Counted from the stretch's first letter, positions 1-9,274 are shown. The stretch is DNA of 64,000 nucleotides from an uncultured Solirubrobacterales bacterium (GCA_963757165.1 CAVWQO010000002.1:375143-439142), one strand, 5' to 3'. Notes: generated from the sequence alone by a model not told the origin. Made by a program: numbers and translations.

Positions 1-83
1 GGAGCGCTCCGCCCTCCGCGTGGGGGCGCCGAGGGCGAGCCGACCCCCGGCACGTCCGAACCGACGGCTACGGTGTCCGGTCA

Positions 84-371
84 ATGAACCGCGAGCAGGT
101 CTTCTCATTGATCCAGGCGCACCTGGCCGACGAGCTCGAGGTGGACCCCGGGAGAATTCAGGAGTCCACGCGCTTTCGGGAAGATCTGGAAGCCGATTCT
201 CTCGATCTATACACGCTGGTCCAGGAGCTGGAAGACAGCTACGGCGTGAAGATCTCCGATGAAGAGGCAGCAAAGATCTTGACTGTCGGTCAGGCGGTCG
301 AGTTCGTGCTCGCGAGTGGCGCGCCGCAGCGCCAATCTGCGATCGCGAACCAGGGCCCCGACCCTGAGTGA
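84..371 (+). CDS. acpP: acyl carrier protein
   Basis: 95-aa acidic ORF with the phosphopantetheine attachment motif LEADSLDLYTLV (DSLD). It lies directly upstream of rnc-smc-ftsY, as in the Bacillus-type acpA-rnc-smc-ftsY cluster. Confidence 0.85.
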   Translation: MNREQVFSLIQAHLADELEVDPGRIQESTRFREDLEADSLDLYTLVQELEDSYGVKISDEEAAKILTVGQAVEFVLASGAPQRQSAIANQGPDPE

Positions 372-1120
372 GCGAAGAACGGGAGCTGGCCGGCGCGGAG
401 CCGGGGCTGGCCCGCAGCAGTCGCGACCCGCGGCGGGCTGCTGGTCGGGGGGAGAAGAGGCTGAACGACCTGATGGAACGGCTCCCACCGGAACTCGCTG
501 CTTCGGTCTTCACGCATGCCTCCTGGACGGCGCGGCGCTCGGACTCCTACGAGCGTCTGGCTTTCCTGGGCGACAGCGTCCTGGCCCTCGCGATCACCGC
601 CCATCTGTATCCCCGGCTCGAGGCCGATCGCTTCGGCGCCGGGAGGCTGACCAAGATCCGGGCCCAGGCGGTGTCCGGCCGCTCGTGCCGGGCTGTGGCG
701 GACCGCCTTGGATTACCGGAGCGCCTGCGGGCGGCCGCGCCCGCCAGCGCAGCCTCCAGCGTGTCCGGCCTGATCAGCACCGAACGGGTGCTGGCCTCGG
801 TGATCGAGGCCGTGATCGGCGCCTGCTATCTCGAGTTCGGCTACGAGCCCAGCGCCGCCGCGGTGGTGGATGCCTTCGCCCCGGAGATCGAAGACGCGCT
901 GGAGAATCCGGTCGACTTCAAGTCGGCGCTCCAGGAGCGGCTGGCCCGCCGAGGAGCGCTGGTCAGCTACGCGGTGCTGGAGGAGCACGGGCCACCGCAC
1001 GACCGTACGTTCTCGATCATCGCGACGATCGACGGCAGCGAAATCGGACGTGGCACGGGACGCAGCAAGAAGGACGCCGAGCAGGAGGCTGCGCAGGCAG
1101 CGCTCGAGGCACTCGAGTGA
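368..1120 (+). CDS. rnc: ribonuclease III
   Basis: GTG start overlaps the acpP stop (GTGA). RNase III signature ERLAFLGDSVLALAITAHLY. C-terminal dsRNA-binding domain ending GRGTGRSKKDAEQEAAQAALEAL. Confidence 0.9.
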   Translation: MSEERELAGAEPGLARSSRDPRRAAGRGEKRLNDLMERLPPELAASVFTHASWTARRSDSYERLAFLGDSVLALAITAHLYPRLEADRFGAGRLTKIRAQAVSGRSCRAVADRLGLPERLRAAAPASAASSVSGLISTERVLASVIEAVIGACYLEFGYEPSAAAVVDAFAPEIEDALENPVDFKSALQERLARRGALVSYAVLEEHGPPHDRTFSIIATIDGSEIGRGTGRSKKDAEQEAAQAALEALE

Positions 1121-1145
1121 ACGCATTTATGGGCAGGCGCGGATC

Positions 1146-4100
1146 TTGTATCTGAAGTCGATCACCCTCAAGGGCTTCAAGTCGTTTCCCGACCGGACTC
1201 GCCTCGAGTTCGGCCGCGGCGTCAGCGTGATCGTCGGCCCGAACGGCTCCGGCAAGTCGAACGTGACCGATGCGGTGCTGTGGGCGCTCGGAGAGCAGTC
1301 GCCGATGGCCGTGCGCGGCCAGTCGATGCAGGACGTGATCTTCGGGGGAGCACCCGGGCGCCAGGCCGGGCGCAGCGCCGAGGTCGAGCTGGTCCTCGAC
1401 GACAGCGAGGGAACCCTGAATCTCGGCACGCCGGAGGTCTCGATCTTCCGGCGGCTGGATCGAAACGGGGACGGGGAATACCGCCTGGCCGGCGCGCGCT
1501 GCCGGTTGGTCGACGTGATCGAGGTGCTCTCGGACACGGGACTGGGCAAGGAGATGCACTCGGTCATCTCCCAGGGACGGGTCGAGGCGATCGTGACCTC
1601 CAAGCCACGTGACCGGAGATTGCTGATCGAGGAAGCAGCCGGGCTCGGCAAGCACCGCAAACGCCGGCGGCGCGCGCAACTGAAGCTCGCCCGGACCCAG
1701 GACAACCTGGATCGCGCTCTCGATGTCGAGCGGGAGGCACGCTCGCGGTTGCGGCCGCTCAAGCGTCAGGCGGAGGCTGCTGAGCTGCATGCCCGCCTCG
1801 AGCGCCAGACCCTCGAGGTCCGCTGGGAGCTGGCCCGTGAGGAGCTCCGTGCGCACCTGGCTGCGCTTGAGCAGGCGCAGGCCGAGGTGAGCCGCACGCG
1901 TGAGCGGCGCGCGGAGCTGGAGGGTCAGCTCCAAGCGGTCGCCGGACGCCGAGAGCGGGCTGAGGAGGCGCTCGCGGAGCGCAGTGCCCTGCGTGAGGAG
2001 CTCTCACGCCGTTGCTTCGTCGCCGAGTCGGCCGGCGAGCGAGTCGCCTACCGGGCGGAGGCTGTACGAGCCGCCACCGACGGCCTCGAGGGTCGGCTGG
2101 CCGCGCGGCGGGCCACCCTGTCCCAGCTTCAGGGCCAGCAGGACGGCGATGCTCCCGATCCCCAGGTCACAGAGCGGATCGCGGCGCTACAGACCGAGAT
2201 CGAGGCGCTGGATCATGATCGTGACGCGGAGCTGGCGCGCCAGCTCGCCGAACTGGAGCAGCAGCTGGCTGCCGCCGGCGAGCTGCGTACCGAACGGACG
2301 GAGGCCGCCGAGCACACTCGGCGCACCCGTGAGGAGAGCGAGGCGCTCGCGGACCAGGCCCGGCGGTCGGTACGTGAGGCAGAGCGAGCGGTCGAGGCGG
2401 CCCGGCGTGAAGCGGCCCGCGTGGGTGGTGAGCTTGCAGCCGTCAATCAGTTCCTGCGTGCGCAATCGATCGCCCCGGGTGGCGCCGCCACGCTGGCGGA
2501 CGAGCTTGACGTCGATCCGGGTTACGAATTGGCGCTGGCGGCGGCCCTGGATGGGCGCCTGAGCGCTGCGATCGTCTCCGACCGCGGCGCGGCAGCCGAA
2601 CTGCTCGATCGTGCCGGCGCTGACGGCGGCAGGGCGCTGGTCAGCGCGGAGGCGGACGATTCCGGCTCTGAAGCGCCGGCTCCGCTCGCCGGGGCCGAGC
2701 GGCTGCTTGACCACGTGAGCGGCCGCGGTGATTCGCTGCAGCTCGCGCGCCTGCTCCTGGCCGACGCCTGGGTGGTCGAGGCGGTCGATGCCGTTCCGCC
2801 ATCCTTCCGCGGCCTTGCCGTGACCGCATCGGGGCGGGTCTGGGCGGCCGCCAGCCGGGAGCTGCGCCAAGCGGCCGCCGTCGGAGAAGAGCGCGTGCTG
2901 GCCGAACGCAATCGGCGCGAGGAGCTCGTGCGGGCGAGCGAGCGCGCAATCCAGGCCGAGCAGACCGCGCGGCGGGCGCTTGAGCAGGTCACCGCGCACG
3001 TAGGCCAGCTCGATGCGGAGCACGAACGCTTGGTTTCGGCCGATCGCTCGGCGGTGCGGGCCCGTGATGAGGCGGCCGAGGACGAGCGCCGGATCGGATC
3101 ACTGATCGAGCGCCGGCGCTCCGCTCCCGACGATGGGCCGAACGCCGGGCGCCGGGCCCAGCTGGCCGCCGAGCTCGCGGCGCAGCGGTCGATGCTTGAG
3201 CGCTCAGAACGCGAGCGAAACGAGCGGCAGGCCAGGATTCTGGGACTGCAGGCGACGATTGCCCGCGACGAGCAGTTCGGGCCAATCGTCGACACCGTGC
3301 TCGACGCTCTGGGTCAGGCTGCAGCGGCGATCTCGGAACGGCTGGCCGGCTTCCGGGACGCGCTCGCTGCCGATCGCGAGGCGGGAGAGCATGTCGCCGC
3401 CGAGTTGCGGGCATGCGCTCAGGAGGAGGCGACGCTCCATGGACAGCTGCACGCCGCGAACGAGGGATTGACCACCCACGAGGTCCGCGCGCAGCGCGTG
3501 CGGGATCAGGTCGCCGATGCCACGCGGGAGTTGCAGGACGTTGCCTCGCGCCTTGAACTCGAGGCCGGGCCCGCCGAGTCGGTGCTGGGAGATGAGGAGC
3601 GAGAGACGCTGAGGACGAGGCTCGAGCGCCTCAACCGCCGGCGTGAGCAGCTCGGCCCGGTCAACCCGCTGGCCCAGGAGGAATACGCCGAGGCCGTTGA
3701 CCACGTCGAGGAGCTCGAGCGCCAGCGTGCGGATCTGGAGACGGCCCTGCGCGAGCTCGAGAGGCTGATCGCCGACACCGACAAGCAGATCAAGGAGACG
3801 TTCGAAGAGACCTTCGAGGCCGCTGCACGCAACTTCGAGGAGCTCTCCGAGCAGCTGTTTCCTGGAGGCAAGGGGCGGCTGCGGCTGGTCTCAGAGCGAG
3901 GAGGTCCGGCGCCGGTGCTCGGTGGCCAGCCCGCGCCGAGCGCGGAGGGCGAGGATTCCGACGCCGACTCAGACGAGATCGACGCGGGCGAGGGAACCCC
4001 GGAGGAGGATCTGCTCGGGGTGGAGATCGAGATCACGCCGGCCGGCAAGGCGATGAAGCGGCTCTCGCTGCTCTCCGGCGGTGAGAAGTCGATGACCGCC

Positions 4101-4364
4101 CTCGCCTTCCTGTTCTCGGTGTTCCTGGCCAAGCCGTGCCCGTTCTACATCCTCGATGAGGTCGAGGCGGCGCTGGACGATCTCAACATCGACCGCTTCC
4201 TCGCCCTTCTCGGCCAGTACTCCCAGCGCGCCCAGTTCATCGTGGTAACCCATCAGAAGCGAACCATGGAGGCCGCGGACTCGCTCTACGGCGTCTCGAT
4301 GGGCAGCGACGGGATCTCAAAGGTGATCTCGCGCCGGCTGCCTCCGGCGGCCGAAGCCGCTTAG
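1146..4364 (+). CDS. smc: chromosome segregation protein SMC
   Basis: The long ORF 870..4364 is trimmed to the in-frame TTG at 1146, giving (M)YLKSITLKGFKSFPDRT and Walker A GPNGSGKSN. It has a long Ala/Glu/Arg-rich coiled coil, the C-terminal signature LSGGEKSMTALAF and Walker B FYILDEVEAALD. Confidence 0.93.
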   Translation: MYLKSITLKGFKSFPDRTRLEFGRGVSVIVGPNGSGKSNVTDAVLWALGEQSPMAVRGQSMQDVIFGGAPGRQAGRSAEVELVLDDSEGTLNLGTPEVSIFRRLDRNGDGEYRLAGARCRLVDVIEVLSDTGLGKEMHSVISQGRVEAIVTSKPRDRRLLIEEAAGLGKHRKRRRRAQLKLARTQDNLDRALDVEREARSRLRPLKRQAEAAELHARLERQTLEVRWELAREELRAHLAALEQAQAEVSRTRERRAELEGQLQAVAGRRERAEEALAERSALREELSRRCFVAESAGERVAYRAEAVRAATDGLEGRLAARRATLSQLQGQQDGDAPDPQVTERIAALQTEIEALDHDRDAELARQLAELEQQLAAAGELRTERTEAAEHTRRTREESEALADQARRSVREAERAVEAARREAARVGGELAAVNQFLRAQSIAPGGAATLADELDVDPGYELALAAALDGRLSAAIVSDRGAAAELLDRAGADGGRALVSAEADDSGSEAPAPLAGAERLLDHVSGRGDSLQLARLLLADAWVVEAVDAVPPSFRGLAVTASGRVWAAASRELRQAAAVGEERVLAERNRREELVRASERAIQAEQTARRALEQVTAHVGQLDAEHERLVSADRSAVRARDEAAEDERRIGSLIERRRSAPDDGPNAGRRAQLAAELAAQRSMLERSERERNERQARILGLQATIARDEQFGPIVDTVLDALGQAAAAISERLAGFRDALAADREAGEHVAAELRACAQEEATLHGQLHAANEGLTTHEVRAQRVRDQVADATRELQDVASRLELEAGPAESVLGDEERETLRTRLERLNRRREQLGPVNPLAQEEYAEAVDHVEELERQRADLETALRELERLIADTDKQIKETFEETFEAAARNFEELSEQLFPGGKGRLRLVSERGGPAPVLGGQPAPSAEGEDSDADSDEIDAGEGTPEEDLLGVEIEITPAGKAMKRLSLLSGGEKSMTALAFLFSVFLAKPCPFYILDEVEAALDDLNIDRFLALLGQYSQRAQFIVVTHQKRTMEAADSLYGVSMGSDGISKVISRRLPPAAEAA

Positions 4365-4408
4365 TCGCGCCCGCGGGGCGTGTGCCCGGTCAGCCGGGGC
4401 GTGTGCGC

Positions 4409-4645
4409 GGGCGGCCACCCTGCGGCGCCCTCCGTCGCCCCGGCGGCCCTCCGTCGTCCCGCGGCGGCCCTCCGTCGTCCCGCGGCGGCCCTCGGCCACC
4501 CTGCGGCGGCCCTCCGTCGTCCCGCGGCGGCCCTCGGCCACCCTGCGGCGGCCCTCCGTCGTCCCGCGGCGGCCCTCGGCCACCCTGCGGCGGCCTCCGT
4601 CGCCCTCCGCGGCCCTCCGCCGCCCCGGCGGCCCCCGGCCACCCC
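4409..4645. repeat. tandem repeat array A: 21-bp units of two types, 42-bp compound period
   Basis: Seven perfect head-to-tail 21-mers lie at 4442-4588 in the order A A B A B A B. A is GGCGGCCCTCCGTCGTCCCGC and B is GGCGGCCCTCGGCCACCCTGC. Degenerate copies flank them on both sides. The array lies in the smc-ftsY spacer. Confidence 0.9.
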
Positions 4646-4772
4646 GATCCCCACCGCGCTCGGCGTCAGAATCAGAGGTGGTGGCAATAGCGCACCGTAT
4701 GCGGCGTTAGAGCCACCGCGTCGCGGCGGGACGCGCTCCCGCGTCGCGGCGGCACGCGCGCCCGCGCCGCCG

Positions 4773-4898
4773 CCACGCCCACCCGCGCCCCACGCCCACC
4801 CGCGCCGCCGCGCGCCACGCCCACCCGCGCCCCACGCCCACCCGCGCCGCCGCGGGCCACGCCCACCCGCGCCCCACGCCCACCCGCGCCGCCGCCGT
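4773..4898. repeat. tandem repeat array B: three 42-bp units, each an internal duplication of CCACGCCCACCCGCGCC
   Basis: Units at 4773-4814, 4815-4856 and 4857-4898 have the form CCACGCCCACCCGCGCCCCACGCCCACCCGCGCCGCCGCGNG. A 23-bp direct repeat CGCGTCGCGGCGG(G/C)ACGCGC.. lies just upstream at about 4725-4770. Confidence 0.9.
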
Positions 4899-4929
4899 CT
4901 GCACACCCCGCTGGTAACGTCGCGCGCCG

Positions 4930-5931
4930 ATGGCTCGCGACTGGCAGGACCTGATCCTCGTCAACGGCACGCCCGGTGCGGGCGGGCCGACCGAGACCGA
5001 CGCCGAAGGCTCCGAGGAGCGACGTGTAGGTCGCTTCCGCAAGCTCCGGGAAAGCATGCGCAAGACCCGGCAAGCGCTGACCAGCGAGATCCAGGCGACG
5101 CTGTTCGAGGATCTCAGCGAGGAGACCTGGGAGCGGCTGGAGGAAGCGCTGATCTATGCCGACGTCGGCGCGCGGACGACTGCGCAGGTGGTGGAGCAGC
5201 TGGAGCGCGAGGCCTCCGGCGGGGAGATCGCCGGCGGGCAGGCGCTGACCGACCGTCTGGTCCAGCTGCTGGCGGAGATCGCCAAGACCGGAGAGGACAG
5301 AATCGACTTGACTCCGCAACCGAGTGTGATCCTGATGGCGGGCGTCAACGGCACCGGGAAGACCACAACGGTGGGGAAGCTGGCCTGGCACCTGCGCAAG
5401 GAGCTCGGGCTCAAGGTCGTGCTTGGAGCCGCGGACACCTTCCGCGCCGCGGGCGTGGAGCAGCTCGAGCAATGGGCCCAGCGCGCCGACGTTGGCTTCA
5501 TCAAGGGCCCTCCGGGCGCGGATCCGGGGTCGGTGGCCTACGACGCGATCGCCGCCGGGCGCCGTGACGGCGCCGACGTGGTGATCATCGACACGGCCGG
5601 CCGCCTGCACACCCAGGATGACCTGATGGCCGAGTTGGGGAAGGTGCGACGGGTGATCGCCAAACAGATTCCCGACGCTCCGCACGAGACGCTGCTGACC
5701 GTCGATGCCACGACGGGGCAGAACGGGCTGCGCCAAGCCAAGCTGTTCTCCGAGACCGTCGAGGTCAACGGTCTGGTGCTGACGAAGCTCGACGGCACGG
5801 CTAAGGGCGGGATCGCGCTGGCCATAGCCCACGAGCTCGGCATTCCGGTCAAACTCATCGGGGTGGGGGAGAAGCTTGAGGATCTGCGCCCCTTTGAGGC
5901 CGAGGAGTTCGCCCGCGCCCTGGTCAGCTGA
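4930..5931 (+). CDS. ftsY: signal recognition particle receptor FtsY
   Basis: SRP-GTPase NG domain with GVNGTGKTTTVGKLA (G1), DTAGRLH (G3), LTKLDGTAKGG (G4) and a short N region (FRKLRESMRKTRQAL). An in-frame stop 15 nt upstream fixes the ATG at 4930 as the first possible start. Confidence 0.92.
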   Translation: MARDWQDLILVNGTPGAGGPTETDAEGSEERRVGRFRKLRESMRKTRQALTSEIQATLFEDLSEETWERLEEALIYADVGARTTAQVVEQLEREASGGEIAGGQALTDRLVQLLAEIAKTGEDRIDLTPQPSVILMAGVNGTGKTTTVGKLAWHLRKELGLKVVLGAADTFRAAGVEQLEQWAQRADVGFIKGPPGADPGSVAYDAIAAGRRDGADVVIIDTAGRLHTQDDLMAELGKVRRVIAKQIPDAPHETLLTVDATTGQNGLRQAKLFSETVEVNGLVLTKLDGTAKGGIALAIAHELGIPVKLIGVGEKLEDLRPFEAEEFARALVS

Positions 5932-5982
5932 GTCCGCGCATCGATGGCCACGGGGTCCCCGCAGCGATAAGCTCGGAGCCAC

Positions 5983-6414
5983 ATGTCGGGATGGGTTTTG
6001 TGGGTGGTCGCCGCCGGGGTGTTCGGTGTCGGTGAGATGCTCACCACGAGCTTCTTCCTGGCTCCGTTCGCCATCGGAGCGGGCCTCGCCGCGATCGCCG
6101 AGGCGGCGAGCGCCGGGGAGCTCGTGGCCTGGGTCGTGTTCGTGCTCGCCTCGCTGCTGAGCTTGGCGGTGCTGCGGCCGATCGCGCGGTCACACATGCA
6201 GACCCCGCCTCACATCAGGACTGGCTCGGCGGCTCTCGTGGGGCACGACGCGACGGTGCTCGAGCGGATCGTCAACGCCGAGGGCGTTGGATGCGTGAAG
6301 ATAGGCGGCGAGGTCTGGACCGCCCGGTCTTATGACGACGATCAGGTGATCGAGGCCGGCACGCGCGTACAGGTCGTGCAGATCAAGGGCGCCACGGCGC
6401 TCGTCAGCGAATAA
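5983..6414 (+). CDS. NfeD-family membrane protein
   Basis: Two or three N-terminal TM helices followed by the C-terminal OB-fold tail GCVKIGGEVWTARS...GTRVQVVQIKGATALV, typical of NfeD. It is followed immediately by an SPFH gene, the classic NfeD-SPFH pair. Confidence 0.75.
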   Translation: MSGWVLWVVAAGVFGVGEMLTTSFFLAPFAIGAGLAAIAEAASAGELVAWVVFVLASLLSLAVLRPIARSHMQTPPHIRTGSAALVGHDATVLERIVNAEGVGCVKIGGEVWTARSYDDDQVIEAGTRVQVVQIKGATALVSE

Positions 6415-6425
6415 GAGGAGGGGGC

Positions 6426-7367
6426 ATGGCCGGAGCAATCGTTGCCATCGTCGTAGTCGTTTTCCTGTTGATCATGTTTGCTCGCACGGTGCGGATCGTC
6501 CCGCAGGCGCGGGCGGGCGTGGTTGAGCGCCTCGGCCGCTACAGCCGGACGCTGAACCCCGGCCTGGCGATCCTGGTGCCGTTCATGGATCGTCTGAAGC
6601 CGCTGATCGATCTCCGTGAGCAGGTCGTCTCGTTTCCGCCGCAGCCGGTAATCACCGAGGACAACCTCGTCGTCCAGATCGACACGGTCTTGTACTTCAC
6701 GGTGACCGACCCGAAGTCCGCCACCTACGAAATCGCCAATCCGCTGCAGGGAATTGAGCAGATCACGGTGACGACGCTTCGTAACGTCGTTGGCGGCATG
6801 TCGCTGGAGGTGGCGCTGACCAGTCGCGACCATGTCAACGCAACGCTCCGCGGCGTGCTCGACGAGGCCACCGGGAAGTGGGGCATCCGCGTCAACCGAG
6901 TCGAGATCAAATCGATCGATCCTCCCGGCACGATCCAGGAAGCGATGGAGAAGCAGATGCGCGCCGAGCGCGACAAGCGTGCCGCGATCCTCACCGCCGA
7001 GGGTTTCAAGCAGTCGCAGATCCTCACCGCCGAGGGGGAGAAGCAGTCGGCGGTGCTCAAGGCCGAAGGCGCCAAGCAGGCGGCGATCCTCCGGGCCGAG
7101 GGCGACGCCAAAGCGATTGGCACGGTGTTCGAGGCCATTCACGAGGGCAAGCCAGACCAGGCCTTGCTCAGCTATCAGTACCTGCAGATGCTCCCCCAGC
7201 TCGGACAGGGCGCCGCCAACAAGGTGTTCGTGATCCCCTCGGAGTTCACGGAGGCGTTCAGCGGCCTGGGTAAGGCGCTCAACGCTCACGCGGAGACAGC
7301 TCAGGAGGCGGACAAGCCGACCCCCGGGCTCAACGATGCCGACAGACCGCGGGGTCTGCCGCAGTAG
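6426..7367 (+). CDS. SPFH/band-7 (stomatin/prohibitin-like) membrane protein
   Basis: N-terminal TM anchor, a band-7 core (RTVRIVPQARAGVVERLGRY...ITEDNL.V.IDTVLYF) and a coiled-coil AEG-repeat region (AILTAEGFKQSQILTAEGEKQSAVLKAEGAKQAAILRAEG). Confidence 0.85.
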   Translation: MAGAIVAIVVVVFLLIMFARTVRIVPQARAGVVERLGRYSRTLNPGLAILVPFMDRLKPLIDLREQVVSFPPQPVITEDNLVVQIDTVLYFTVTDPKSATYEIANPLQGIEQITVTTLRNVVGGMSLEVALTSRDHVNATLRGVLDEATGKWGIRVNRVEIKSIDPPGTIQEAMEKQMRAERDKRAAILTAEGFKQSQILTAEGEKQSAVLKAEGAKQAAILRAEGDAKAIGTVFEAIHEGKPDQALLSYQYLQMLPQLGQGAANKVFVIPSEFTEAFSGLGKALNAHAETAQEADKPTPGLNDADRPRGLPQ

Positions 7368-7382
7368 CCTGGACAGGAAGGC

Positions 7383-8711
7383 ATGTTCGACTCACTGGCA
7401 GAAAAGCTCCAGGCCACGCTTTCGGAGGTCCGGGGGCGCGGCACGCTGACCGAGGATGACATCTCCGCGGCGATGCGAGAGATCCGCCTCGCGCTGCTCG
7501 AGGCGGACGTCAACTTCAAGGTGGTCAAGAGCTTCACCAACGCCGTCAAGGAGCGCGCGCTCGGCGCCGACCTGATCGGGAAGCTCAACCCAGGCCAGCA
7601 GGTGGTGAAAATCGTCAGCGACGAGCTGACCGAGCTGATGGGTGGCGCGGCACGCGAGCTTGTGTTCTCCCCCCGGCCACCGACGGTTGTGCTGATGGCC
7701 GGCCTCCAGGGCTCAGGAAAGACCACCGCCACCGGCAAGCTGGCCAAGTACCTCCGCGAACAGGGCTCCTCGGTCGCCGTCGCTGCCTGCGACGTATACC
7801 GCCCGGCCGCCGTTGAGCAGCTGATCAAGGTCGGCGCGCAGGCCGGCGTCGATGTCTACGAGCAGGGCACAGATCGCGATCCGGTCAAGATCGCCGCGTG
7901 GGCCAGAGACCGAGCGCAGTCCGAGGGCAAGGATGTGCTGATCATCGATACCAGCGGCCGCCTACACGTAGACCAGGAGCTGATGGCCGAGCTGGCGAAC
8001 ATCAAGAAGGCCACTCAGCCGCACGACGTCCTGCTCGTCGTCGACTCGATGACGGGTCAGGACGCGGTCAATGTCGCTGAGCAGTTTGCGGAGACCGTGC
8101 AGTTCGACGGCGTGGTGATGACCAAGCTCGACGGCGATGCCCGCGGCGGCGCTGCGCTGTCAGTCAAGGCGGTAACCGGCAAGCCGATCATGTTCGCCTC
8201 CACCGGGGAGAAGCTTGACCAGTTCGAGCGCTTCCACCCCGACCGGATGGCCCAGCGCATCCTCGGGATGGGCGATGTGATGACGCTGATCGAGAAGGCA
8301 GAGGCAAGCTATGACGAAGATCAGGCGGCGGAGCTCGAACGCAAGTTCCGCAAGCAGGAGTTCGGGCTCGACGACTTCCTGGACCAGATGAAGCAGGTGC
8401 GGCGGCTGGGTCCGCTGCAGAACCTGCTCGGCATGATCCCCGGTGTCGGCAAGGAGCTGCGGGGGGTCAAGGTCGACGAGCGTGAGTTCGACCGAATCCA
8501 GGCGATCATCCTGGCCATGACGCCGCAGGAGCGCCGGCACCCGGAGCTGATCAAGGGCTCGCGGCGTCTGCGCATCGCCCGCGGGTCGGGAACCAACGTG
8601 CAGGCCGTGAAGGCGCTGATCAAGCAGTTCGAGCAGATGCGGAAGGTCATGCGCCAGGTCTCGCAAGGCCGGATGCCCGACCTCGGGGCGTTGATGCGCG
8701 GAGCTCGCTAA
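7383..8711 (+). CDS. ffh: signal recognition particle protein Ffh
   Basis: MFDSLAEKLQATL... N domain, then GLQGSGKTTATGKLA, DTSGRLH, TKLDGDARGG and the Met-rich M domain (LGMGDVMTLIEKA...LLGMIPG). Confidence 0.95.
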   Translation: MFDSLAEKLQATLSEVRGRGTLTEDDISAAMREIRLALLEADVNFKVVKSFTNAVKERALGADLIGKLNPGQQVVKIVSDELTELMGGAARELVFSPRPPTVVLMAGLQGSGKTTATGKLAKYLREQGSSVAVAACDVYRPAAVEQLIKVGAQAGVDVYEQGTDRDPVKIAAWARDRAQSEGKDVLIIDTSGRLHVDQELMAELANIKKATQPHDVLLVVDSMTGQDAVNVAEQFAETVQFDGVVMTKLDGDARGGAALSVKAVTGKPIMFASTGEKLDQFERFHPDRMAQRILGMGDVMTLIEKAEASYDEDQAAELERKFRKQEFGLDDFLDQMKQVRRLGPLQNLLGMIPGVGKELRGVKVDEREFDRIQAIILAMTPQERRHPELIKGSRRLRIARGSGTNVQAVKALIKQFEQMRKVMRQVSQGRMPDLGALMRGAR

Positions 8712-8781
8712 GGCGCCCGCTGAGCGTGCTTCCAGAGCGCGCACGTCATCCGGTTGGCAAGCCCGCTAACCTCGTCTCGTC

Positions 8782-9024
8782 ATGGCAGTAAGACTCAGAC
8801 TCACTCGCATCGGCTCTCGCAAGAATCCGATTTGGCGCGTCGTCGTAGCGGACCAGCGCAGCAAGCGCGATGGTCGCGTGATCGAGACGGTCGGGCAGTA
8901 CAACGCCCAGACCAACCCCTCGACCATCGTGCTCGATGAGGAGCGCATCCGCGACTGGCTCGCCCGCGGCGCGCAGCCGACCGATACGGTCCGCAAGCTG
9001 CTGCGCATCCAGGGCATCAACTAG
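8782..9024 (+). CDS. rpsP: 30S ribosomal protein S16
   Basis: MAVRLRLTRIGSRKNPIWRVVVADQRSKRDGRVIETVGQYNA is the canonical S16 N-terminus. Position after ffh is conserved. Confidence 0.95.
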   Translation: MAVRLRLTRIGSRKNPIWRVVVADQRSKRDGRVIETVGQYNAQTNPSTIVLDEERIRDWLARGAQPTDTVRKLLRIQGIN

Positions 9025-9037
9025 TCCGCCCAGCTTG

Positions 9038-9274
9038 ATGAAGGACCTGCTCGAGTACCTGGCGCGGGGTCTAGTCGAGAAACCCGACGCGGTGTCGGTC
9101 AACGAGGTGCACGAGGACGACGGCACGATCGTGCTCGAGCTCTCGGTGGCCGGAGACGACTACGGCAACGTGATCGGCCGCGGTGGCCGGACCGCCGCGG
9201 CGCTGCGCACGATCATCAAGAGTGCTGCCGTCAAAGACAAGCGCCGCGTGTTCGTGGACATCGTCGACTCCTGA
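9038..9274 (+). CDS. KH-domain RNA-binding protein (YlqC family)
   Basis: ORF 8936..9274 is trimmed to the ATG at 9038 (MKDLLEYLARGLV). KH GXXG motif VIGRGGRTAAALRTI. It sits in the conserved position between rpsP and rimM. Confidence 0.85.
   Translation: MKDLLEYLARGLVEKPDAVSVNEVHEDDGTIVLELSVAGDDYGNVIGRGGRTAAALRTIIKSAAVKDKRRVFVDIVDS

Noticed and set aside
870-1145. Long N-terminal extensions suggested by the ORF track for smc (870), KH protein (8936), xerC (25487), thiD (15651), deoB (44442), dnaG (52412), GT2 (59502), pyrG (37874) and the acyltransferase (20371).
   Set aside because: The extensions overlap the preceding gene in another frame and are low-complexity. Canonical family N-termini begin at internal ATG/GTG/TTG codons that coincide with the upstream stop codons.
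4409-4898. Tandem arrays considered as a CRISPR array.
   Set aside because: The units are directly adjacent (21 and 42 bp) with no unique spacers. No cas genes are in the window.
4380-5567. A 395-aa ORF (and the 181-aa minus-strand ORF 4361..4906) reads through both repeat arrays as Pro/Ala/Arg or Arg/Gly/Trp repeat proteins. It could also be a repetitive N-terminal A-domain of FtsY.
   Set aside because: The plus-strand ORF runs out of frame for 640 nt into the clearly coding ftsY NG domain. The ftsY frame has a stop 15 nt upstream of its ATG. The translations are pure low-complexity products of C-rich or G-rich repeats, and several frames are open simply because the DNA lacks A/T. I have no independent evidence of coding.
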